Assembly (NCBI GenBank): GCA_023231475.1 | Contig: JALJEE010001175.1 | Location: forward strand, 62,001-85,278 | Source of the DNA: Seison nebaliae | Lineage: Eukaryota | DNA: 23,278 bases | Direction of reading: 5' to 3' | Part shown: one piece after another, positions 13,059 through 21,819 of the stretch | Layout: every line of letters starts with the position of its first letter | Position numbering within the stretch: position 1 is the stretch's first letter | The notes under the pieces: model-generated | Databases searched by the model: none | What the model saw: the letters and a program-made list of their open reading frames with translations, nothing else | What the model was told of the DNA's origin: nothing | Position numbers and translations under genes: made by a program

Positions 13059-15436
13059 ATGTCCAATAATCTTCTCAAGTCAAGTCAATCGACTGTTCCC
13101 AATTATACGCCGGAAATGTTGGAGGCAATTGATTTGAGTGAAACGACTGCTTCCCCACCTATCGATAGTGTCGAAGCAATAAATTTCTCGTCATTACGGT
13201 TTTATTTTTTTTCTTTTTCTTCTCTTATAATCGTATCTTTATCAGATTAAGAAAAATTCTTCAACTATTCGGATGGGAAATTGATCGTCGTCGTAATCGA
13301 CAAAGTACTCCAAATATCTTAGACAGCGAATTGGTAGAAAGAAAGAAGAAATGGGACGATTTGTTCAACAGTAACATTCTAGAAGATTTAATGGTGAATC
13401 TCAATTATTGTGCGAATGTTATGGAAAGTGTTTATATTGAAGAAACCAGGTTGGAATAATCAATCGGTCAGTTTAGAAACATTAACAATTTCCATAAAAT
13501 TAAAGGCGATTAATGAATGAAGACGATATTCTGTCTGAAGTCGAACCAGATATAGTTCCAACAGAAGTACGTGATTGGTTGGCAATGACATTCACGAGAT
13601 CAATGTCCAATATTAAGAAGAAACCAGAAAGGAAACACAATTTTAAAATAATCGCTAACGTAATCCGTGCTGGTCTTGTGGTAGATAAGTTAGTCAATTA
13701 ATGATTAATGAAACTAATTAAACGATGGATGATTTATAGAATGTTTAGAAGAATGTCGAGTTCTGCCACTTATTCTGGATGTAACAGCGCAGTTGAAAGT
13801 TTATTAAAAGTTAAATTTTATTTATTAGTATTATTATTATATTTATTAAATAATAATGTTCGTTTAATAATAGCAACAAGCACATATCTGGGGAACGGAT
13901 GTCTTCCAATTGAATAATCTGAGCGATAACCATTCATTGAAAGCAATGTCCTTATATTTATTAAATAAGACACGGTTAACATCGAAACTGAAAGTTATTT
14001 TCCAAAACTTCCGAGAAAAACTAAACAATTATTATGTACAGATTGATAATGGCAAATTGAACACTTTCCTCTTGGCGATTGAAGAAGGTTATAGCAAACA
14101 TGGAAATCCTTATCACAATTTAGTACATGCGGCTGATATTTTACAAACAACTTATTACATTTTGACAGACAGTTCTCTGATTGTTAATATTCCATTTCAG
14201 CCATTTCAAATAATATCTCTTTAAATCTATTTTCCTATAATTATAGCATTGGTTAACTGAAGTTGAGAAGTTTGCTGTATTATTCGCGGCCATCATTCAC
14301 GATTATGAACATACCGGAACCACGAATAATTTCCACGTGCAAACAAAGTTCAATTTCATCATATTATATTTGAGGTGATTTGTCCCGTTCTCTTCATAAG
14401 TTCCGACTTTGCACTGTTATACAACGATCGAGCTGTACTAGAAAATCATCATATAAGTAGTGCATTCAGATTATTCTCCGATCCAAATCTCAATATTGTT
14501 GCAAGCTTATCTCGGGAACAATATAGGTTAATAAATTTCTTCAAAAAACACTTTAACTTGAATACACTTCGTCTTCTTTTTTAGAGAATTTCGAGATCTT
14601 GTTATTGAAATGGTTTTAGCAACTGATATGTCTCTCCATTTCCAACAAGTGAAAACTATGACGAATTTGTTGTCTTTGCCGGAAAAGTTTGTGTCAATAT
14701 AATATTGTGAATATTTTTTCTCATGTCACCTCTCACAGTTTAGAGAAGATAGACAAGTCGAAAGCATTATCGCTCATTCTCCATACGGCCGACATTAGTC
14801 ACCCGGCTAAACGATGGGAACTTCATCATAAATGGACATTAAGATTAATTGAAGAATTCTTCAAACAAGGAGATAAAGAATTTGATTTGAATATTCCTTA
14901 TTCTCCGTTGTGCGATCGCCACACAACTCATGTGGCCAAATCTCAAATTGGATTCATTAATTACATTGTAGAACCATCATTTAATCTTTTAAGTGATATG
15001 CTCGAAACGATTATTCCACTTGCAGAACGCGAAGAATCAAGTCCCGATTCACTTAGCGTCGACACAAATAATGATTCAAAAATCATTGATAAAGAAGCTA
15101 AAAGTTGCAGTGCATCAGTCAAGTTATCTAATATCATAACTCTTTTATCAAAATCATTTTTAAGTACAATTAGTGTATTTGGTATAACATGGTTTCGACA
15201 TGGACCTCTGCCGAAACCATGGGCAGATGAATTAAAGCAAAATAAAATTATTTGGACAGAAAGAGCAGGTGAGTTATTTTTATCAATTTATTGTTCATAT
15301 CATATTTTTCTTATTAGAAAAAGAAGATGAGCAAAAGTTAATGGAAAGTAAAGAAAAGGCTGAAGACAATGGACCGGGATCGACTGATGATCCGCCAGAA
15401 GTATCAGAAGAGAATGAAGCTGAATTAAAAAAATAA
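13059..15436 (+). CDS. PDE1: Calcium/calmodulin-dependent 3',5'-cyclic nucleotide phosphodiesterase 1, about 611 aa, 11 exons: 13059-13198, 13246-13449, 13506-13688, 13740-13809, 13874-13993, 14042-14182, 14247-14347, 14401-14526, 14585-14686, 14739-15268 (possible extra intron 15123-15164 or 15123-15173), 15318-15436
   Basis: The spliced translation gives PDE1-specific N-terminal motifs (NLNYCANVMESVYIEETRRLMNEDD, VPTEVRDWLAMTFTR, FKIIANVIRAGLVVDKMFRR). It also gives class I PDE catalytic motifs (NPYHNLVHAAD, HDYEHTGTTNNF, YNDRAVLENHH, LATDMSLHF, HTADISHPAK, EEFFKQGD, SQIGFI). All ten introns are GT-AG, 47-64 nt and phase-consistent. The true start may lie in an upstream exon. Confidence 0.96.
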
Positions 15437-15837
15437 TTCAAAAATGTTTATATTCGATTAATAGTGATCGAGGATCAAGTTCCAGCGAAAGATATGTATC
15501 TAGTTATGAAAACCCGGTAAAACTAATCTATAATTTATAACCAAATTTTGTCGTTTTAATTCGCCTAACTCATTAAATCTATGCTTATCGTAGAAAATAA
15601 AGTTGATGAATAATCAGATTTTTTCATAATCAATTGAAATGCTTCTCTTCGATTAGAAAACAATTAATCTTCCTTAATAACGGAAAATAATATCTTTCAA
15701 TATTCAAGAAATTTCGGCGGTAAAATTTAATTAATATATTTAATAAATATAATGTAAGTTATTCTGAATGAAAGACAGTTAATTAAAATTAAAAATTAAA
15801 TTTATGTTCTCTAATAAATGTATTGTTATTATTTTTA

Positions 15838-16540
15838 TTATTTATTGATTAAAATTCCCGTCGGGATGAAGTAGAAAAAAATATAATAAACATTTCGATC
15901 CTCGCCAGTGTTGATCAATCGCTGTAATTCCGCGAGATTCCCGATCGATTGGCATACAATATATGGGATCGTAGGAAAAAACGAAATCTCTAAAAGACTG
16001 AAGTCCAATGTTATGAGATAACCCGTAGTATCGACAGGTATGTGAAAATACTGATTGATTATGTAAGAAGTTTGTTAAGAAGAAGAAAACTTTTTTCCGT
16101 TTACAGAAAAGAGGTAACCCTTTTTGGTAACATGTTTCTTTTTGCTTAAAACTGGGTTAACTTCATTCTTTTTAAGAAGGTTAACATCTTTCTTTTTCGA
16201 TGAGTATGGGTTAACTACTTTGAAACCATACTACTTTCTGGAACCCTTTGAAAGCAATAGAATATACAAATTTTTCTCTTTGAGATTTACTCAAAACGTA
16301 CTTCACTAACGGAAAATTACTGATACTATTATATTTCAGTCATGCAACGAAGTTGTGTAATGTATTTGATTGATGTATATTGTGTTCCCAAATTTTAAAA
16401 ACTACCATACATCTTATACCAATTTGTCGGTGGTTATTTGAAGGCTTTAGAAGTAAATGAAATTCAATTTCCTTCAAATTCAACAAAAACATTTCAGGTA
16501 AAAAGGATAAGTTAAAAAATAATTTGTTATATCGTTTTCA
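15838..16540 (-). pseudogene. Decayed coding sequence, possibly a third divergent USP-like paralog
   Basis: Minus-strand open stretches are separated by stops or frameshifts: LSFLPEMFLLNLKEIEF...NFVA*LKYN...FVYSIAFKGF, then YGFKVVNP...KKGYLFS. A 54-nt GT-AG intron (16104-16051) joins this in phase to a 71-codon terminal exon ending RNVYYIFFYFIPTGILINK* at 15838. Confidence 0.35.
16113..16220. repeat. Short imperfect repeat GGT(T)AAC...TTCTTTTT, 4-5 copies with irregular spacing
   Basis: GGT(T)AAC occurs at 16113, 16126, 16155, 16179 and 16209. On the minus strand the repeats encode KKxxVN(P/L)-type peptide units. Confidence 0.6.
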
Positions 16541-17064
16541 TTTTATTTGTATTTATTATGTTTTGCACAAGTTATATTTGTGAAATTTTTAACTACGTAA
16601 CCATTTTCAAGATAAAACATTTCTATACAGTAGAAACTTAAAGTAATCGGACACTTTTACGTTTTTATAAAACAGGTCATAACTTCTGTTCTATGAAGTA
16701 TCACAAAATAGCCTTATTCAAGCTCTTAAAGATAGTGCAAAAAAATTTGAAAAAATTAAAATATTTCATGCAGTAACATATTTTTTTGCATTTTGCATAA
16801 GAGTTCATTTTTCTCTCTCCTGCATGTTTCGAAAATGTCGTATAAACATTATGAAACAATTCCAATTCTTCAGTATCCGAATTCAAATTTCAAAATTTTC
16901 CCATAGTATTTTAAATTGATCATTAGACTATAATTTCAAGGAGGATTATTCAATAATCTAGTTCAGAAAGATTTACACAAACTTTGAATTTCAAATTTTT
17001 AAAAGCGGAAATGAATTAGAGAAATGCTATACTTTCTTTAGTTTTAATTTTTTTAAGTTAAAAA

Positions 17065-18459
17065 ATGAACATTACAGGCTATAAGCAATCGTTAATACTT
17101 CAAAGGTGGGATTATCTATATCGTTTAGGTGATGACTCGGAGATAAAGGTCGCTGGTTTCTTTAACAGTCTACAAATTGGAGTATGTGCCGGAAATGTAA
17201 TTCTAGCCATGATAATATCTAGCTCTACATTAATGGAGATTCTTAAATGTAAATATCGATTTTGTCCCAATACATTTTATGACGAAATGCAACTTGTGAA
17301 GGATAACCTTTGGCAATCTGGCGTTTGTCAATATCCCAAGAACATCAACATATCCACTATACTAATAAAAGGTATTTGTGAAACGTCCGAGAATCAAACA
17401 TACCAAAGTGGCTACGGTCCAGTAGGCGATCAATGTTTATACAAAGCCTATAAAAATAACTTACTAATATACAATTCAGAGTTTAATTTGCAAATGTCGC
17501 CATTATTATTCGAATTTTTAATAAGGCAACTTATAACAGTTAAACCTTCTTCCCTGAATCGTTTCCATGACATACTGACTGATATCATGGAACCAAATTA
17601 TCAATTAATTTCTCAGCCTGAATATCAATACTATTATTATCCTCAACTAAACATACTAAACGTGGAATTTAAATTAACTCATACTCAATTTGATTATTTG
17701 GAACCGAAAATTTTAAAAGATACTTACTACGAAGACATTGGGAAGGAGATTATTGATGAGATTCGTTCAAAAATGATTGAAAATCACATTGTACCTCAAG
17801 TTATCCATATGGGTTTCTTTGGTTCGTCTCATATAAGATTTCATGAGAAAACTTTCTTAAATTTCGTCGAATTGCTAAATATGATTCTAAGAAAAGAAGT
17901 TCATTTTATTCGACCACCTAGATTTGGAGTTTATCTTTATCGCCAACTATTTGCAGTTCCTAAACTGAAAAAGGAAGGAATGTTTTATCCATTTCCTGTG
18001 GGTGGACGTGATGAATGGTACGAATTGAAAGCAATATCATTTAGATTATATAATGAAATAAATTTTCTTATGATCGGTCGTCCTTTGGATTTGGTAAATG
18101 TCTCAGATCCTAATATAGTTAATTGTGTGCAGAGATTTAAAAATAAAACGATCAGTTTACGACAACCTGCAGATGAAGAATTTTTGACGCTAATTCGAGA
18201 ATATTTTAAAGTATTTTCGAAACACTTTTCAGCACTATGTAAAGTAGTTATCGAGAACCACGAAGGAATCCCTAGAGAAATAACTTCCATGCATACTTTC
18301 TCTATTATATTTAAGGACAAAAAATGGTGGATGATGAATGATCAATATTCATTTTTAATAGATGATATTCACGAATTTAGTGAATTGTTATCAGAAGAAA
18401 TGATAGATGCCATCATATTAGAGAAAGTCAAAAATCCCCAATTAAGCTCATACTTATAA
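17065..18459 (+). CDS. Intronless 464-aa protein, divergent USP / peptidase C19-like cysteine protease
   Basis: Long uninterrupted ORF. Cys-box-like GFFNSLQIGVCAGNVIL (C41), VPQVIHMGF (cf. LPxxLxIHL), YELKAI (cf. YxLxAV) and His-box-like SMHTFSIIFKDKKWWMMND (H410, N425/D426) occur in USP order. AATAAA at 18476. Coding status is strong; the family call is inference. Confidence 0.7.
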   Translation: MNITGYKQSLILQRWDYLYRLGDDSEIKVAGFFNSLQIGVCAGNVILAMIISSSTLMEILKCKYRFCPNTFYDEMQLVKDNLWQSGVCQYPKNINISTILIKGICETSENQTYQSGYGPVGDQCLYKAYKNNLLIYNSEFNLQMSPLLFEFLIRQLITVKPSSLNRFHDILTDIMEPNYQLISQPEYQYYYYPQLNILNVEFKLTHTQFDYLEPKILKDTYYEDIGKEIIDEIRSKMIENHIVPQVIHMGFFGSSHIRFHEKTFLNFVELLNMILRKEVHFIRPPRFGVYLYRQLFAVPKLKKEGMFYPFPVGGRDEWYELKAISFRLYNEINFLMIGRPLDLVNVSDPNIVNCVQRFKNKTISLRQPADEEFLTLIREYFKVFSKHFSALCKVVIENHEGIPREITSMHTFSIIFKDKKWWMMNDQYSFLIDDIHEFSELLSEEMIDAIILEKVKNPQLSSYL

Positions 18460-18788
18460 TCATGTCGAAACATGTAATAAACAAAATTAAATTTTAGTAA
18501 CAACCTTTTTTTATTCTTTCTATCAAATGTTAATAAAATTATATATTTCAGTTCTTATTATCTAACTCATAATTTGTCAACTTAACTTTATTATATGGTC
18601 AAGTTCTGTATATAACTCTCTATATAAAATGTTATCAATTGTCAATATCACCATTGATCAATATCTATTTTTTCTCATTTGTTCTATTTTATCCAATTGA
18701 TGTTGCACATTAAATTTTTGTAAGAATTATATTAAAAACGAAGAATCATAATATAAGCGTTCTTTATTAATTATTTATTTTCTCCCAA

Positions 18789-19514
18789 ATGAATGAAGAA
18801 CGTTTGCCAAATAATATGAAGCATGATTCTGGTACGGAAATCGATAATGAAAACGGCAATCAAGTTAATGTGGATGGATATGAATTATTAGTCCAAAGTG
18901 ATTCAGATGGATCATCGATAAATGGTGACAATGGGGCAGATTCATGTCGTTCAACAGTTTCATCTTCTGAGAATGAAAACGAAGAGATAGAACAGAATCA
19001 GACAATGCACAAAGTTTCGTACATGATAAACTTTGTGGATGAAGACCAGGTGAAAAAGAACCAGAAGGATGAGAAAATGAATATTAATTTGAGAAAAGAT
19101 AATAATAAAGAAAGTATTAAAATGATCGAGAAAAAGTTGGATAATGTCGTTGAATGTTTTTCGTATGTTTCTGAGGTTGATCGACAAAAACTTCTACAAC
19201 AAGATACCTCTAAATATTCAAAAAAGTATGCTGATGCAATTGCCGATAAAGAATTTCAATTAATTGCACAACGTCCATCACCACCTATTAAGAATTCTTC
19301 ATCAGATAATCAAATTGATGTATGTGAACAATCTCAAAAGGAAAAAGATACCATTCCGTTAAGTGAAGAGAAATGTGATTTGATCAAATCAATTATGACA
19401 AAATTTGAAAAAGAGATTCAAAATAACATTACTATAGATAAAAGTAACCGATTGAAAAATCTGGATCGTTCGTTTCAAAAGATTATGAATAGAAAAAATT
19501 TATTTCCTCAATAA
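18789..19514 (+). CDS. Acidic, low-complexity 241-aa protein, possibly male-enhanced antigen 1 (MEA1)-like
   Basis: ATG-to-TAA ORF. GYELLVQ followed by an acidic tract, and C-terminal IPLSEEKCDLIKSIM, recall MEA1 (YQPLNQ; IPMDPEHVELVKRTM). The PxWA motif is missing. Confidence 0.6.
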   Translation: MNEERLPNNMKHDSGTEIDNENGNQVNVDGYELLVQSDSDGSSINGDNGADSCRSTVSSSENENEEIEQNQTMHKVSYMINFVDEDQVKKNQKDEKMNINLRKDNNKESIKMIEKKLDNVVECFSYVSEVDRQKLLQQDTSKYSKKYADAIADKEFQLIAQRPSPPIKNSSSDNQIDVCEQSQKEKDTIPLSEEKCDLIKSIMTKFEKEIQNNITIDKSNRLKNLDRSFQKIMNRKNLFPQ

Positions 19515-19817
19515 TAATCATTCATTTTCCTTTATTATTTGTCTGATATTTAAATTCATAAACTTTAAATTTTTTTTGTACTTCTATAATGATATATTAT
19601 AATTGTTGATCTTCTCGGGAATAATAAAAATAATAAATTTATTTGAGCAAGATTGACGATAAATAGTCAAGGACAATTTTATGTCATAAATTCATAATAA
19701 TCATAGATTAATAGAAAATAGTGAGAGAATATTAAATTTTTTTATTAAAAAAATGACAATTATTCTTAATTTCGAACAAATGTTATTCTGACGAAATTGT
19801 TGTATATATTTACTCAG

Positions 19818-21599
19818 TTATTTATGATCCTTACATTGTTTCATTTCATTAATAGCCTTAATGAATACCTTAATTTCTGGATATGATAGTTTTTCAACTT
19901 CTTCAATAATTTTAAAATCCATAATATCTTCGATAATTGTTGGATCAGGAATCTGTCCTTCCACAAAAAGTTCTTTGAACGTTATTGAAAAGATCGTTAA
20001 TAAAATGAAGAAAATGAACTTTCTAGTAATTCAAATATCTTAACATAGTACCGTAAAATAGGACAAATTATTAAATCTGTTACTGTTTTATGCATATAAA
20101 AATTTGGTGGATCGAAATGAGCTAAAGCTAATTGGACGTGTGATGTCTAAAATATTTAAGTAAAAAATATGATGAATAAATAATGGAACTTCAGAAGATA
20201 AAGAATCTCTTATCGAACTGGGAAATAACTTAAATGTTTGATAGATAAAGAAATTCTATAAAATGGAAGATGTTATTAAACTTTATATAATTAAAATAAA
20301 CTTTGATGCCTCCAAAAATATCGATACAACTCCAATCCTTAAGAACCTTAGAATAAAATTTTTGCGGGTCCATAACTGGAACAGTATGACACATGAAATG
20401 TTGAACGATGTTAGTTTGACACAAAAGTTTCGGTAATATCGAATTAATCGAAACGTTGCATTTCTTCTTCACTAACAGATTCTCTTGTACTTTATACAAC
20501 TGTGAGTTAATTAGTATAATTATATATAAATTATATTAATAAGTAAGTCATATAGAAGAATGAAGTTAACTTCATGTAGATGTGGATAATTATACATTTG
20601 ATGTACTAAAAATATTAGAAGAGTATTTAAGAAATTTCTATATAGGGAAATACTTAACTGAATGTTGATAAATTAACATTATATTGAGGATCGTCATGTA
20701 TCTTCTTATATTGAGTAAATTGTTTCCTTATATCAAAATATTGCACTAATCCTTTTTCAATCTTTTCACCATCCCAATAAAACGTACGAGTAAGTAAATC
20801 AATAAACATGAGGATTGATTGTTTATTATCATCGATATTTTTTGATTGTTTCCCACTATTCCCAATAATTAAAGGAATTCTCAGTTATAATAAGAAATAA
20901 CAAAGTGAAAATTTTCTTCAATGCACTTGCCGAATGTTTCTTCCATAACCTCTGAGAGAGATTGATATAATAAATTTCTTTTTTCAACTAAAATATTTCA
21001 AAAACTTTTAATGTTGGTAAGACTGTTATACTTCCAGATCCGAAATTTTTGATATGGTAACAGAAAATCAAAGATTTATCTTCTTTTAAACAATATTTTA
21101 CGTTAATGTTCTCACGATCATATTGATTTAAGTCAAGCAAATTAATATTAGCAAAATCCGCTGCAAGTATTCGCATTCCTTCCTGTTTTCGAAAAACATT
21201 TATTAATTTGTCTAATAAGTATTTAAAATGATTAACATATAAATGTCTTTGAATTTTATATGGTCCCACTATTAACGATTTTTCATTTTAGTTTAACAAA
21301 AACTTATTAATATGTTCTAACTTATTACTTTGTCGGGTAACTTGGAGAATAAAACTCCACGGTCAAGAGCGGCAAACAGTTTATCATAGTTATGAATTTC
21401 ATAAGCTAAAGATAGATAATAGTAAATTAAATTCCAATATATATATAAAATGAAACATCTCAATGAACCAAAAGAATTAGGATCTGCCCCAACTAACCAA
21501 AAAAGATTCAGTTAAACTTTTAGAAATTTGAATTAAAGAATAACCGAATAGAAATGATAGGGGTGATGTCGTTAAAATTAGAAAACAAAAGTAAATCAT
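19818..21599 (-). CDS. Hypothetical secreted protein, about 403 aa, 12 exons: 21599-21545, 21492-21457, 21405-21322, 21268-21237, 21182-21006, 20951-20902, 20855-20659, 20605-20571, 20499-20302, 20255-20190, 20146-20020, 19972-19818
   Basis: Hand splicing over 11 GT-AG introns of 43-71 nt gives a stop-free frame from MIYFCFLILTTSPLSFLFVGA-DPNS (signal-peptide-like) to ...KAINEMKQCKDHK*. It incorporates ORF-track pieces 20988-21269 and 20230-20499. No family recognised; some junctions are uncertain. Confidence 0.7.
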
Positions 21600-21680
21600 T
21601 GAAAATTAAATTCAGTTTTACATATTCTAATTAACTTGACAATATATATAGGAAAAATAAAAATAATATTAAAATTTAAA

Positions 21681-21703
21681 TATCTGTTATCACATAACAG
21701 ATA
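21681..21703. promoter_or_regulatory. Perfect 10-bp inverted repeat in the divergent intergenic spacer
   Basis: TATCTGTTAT-cac-ATAACAGATA lies between the minus-strand ATG at 21599 and the plus-strand TATA box at 21794. Confidence 0.45.
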
Positions 21704-21793
21704 AATCTATAAAATAATTTCTGATTGTTGACTAAATTATATGCATAGTATTTATTTATTTATTTAAAGAAGGAAAGAAAGGAAGAAAAAGAA

Positions 21794-21800
21794 TATAAAA
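21794..21800 (+). promoter_or_regulatory. Candidate TATA box of the structured RNA
   Basis: TATAAAA lies about 25-30 nt before the first helix (21826) and at the transition from AT-rich to GC-richer sequence. TATA-like words are common in this genome. Confidence 0.4.
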
Positions 21801-21819
21801 TAAATCTGTAAATTCCCGT

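Noticed and set aside
15940..16050. YFHIPV...IPY on the minus strand resembling a DIRS/LTR reverse transcriptase motif
   Set aside because: No upstream catalytic Asp context, no PFG and no YxDD. It is better explained as a spliced terminal exon.
16113..16220. Repeat-spacer pattern suggestive of a CRISPR array
   Set aside because: Repeats are short and degenerate with irregular spacing, the context is eukaryotic, there are no cas genes, and they encode a peptide repeat.
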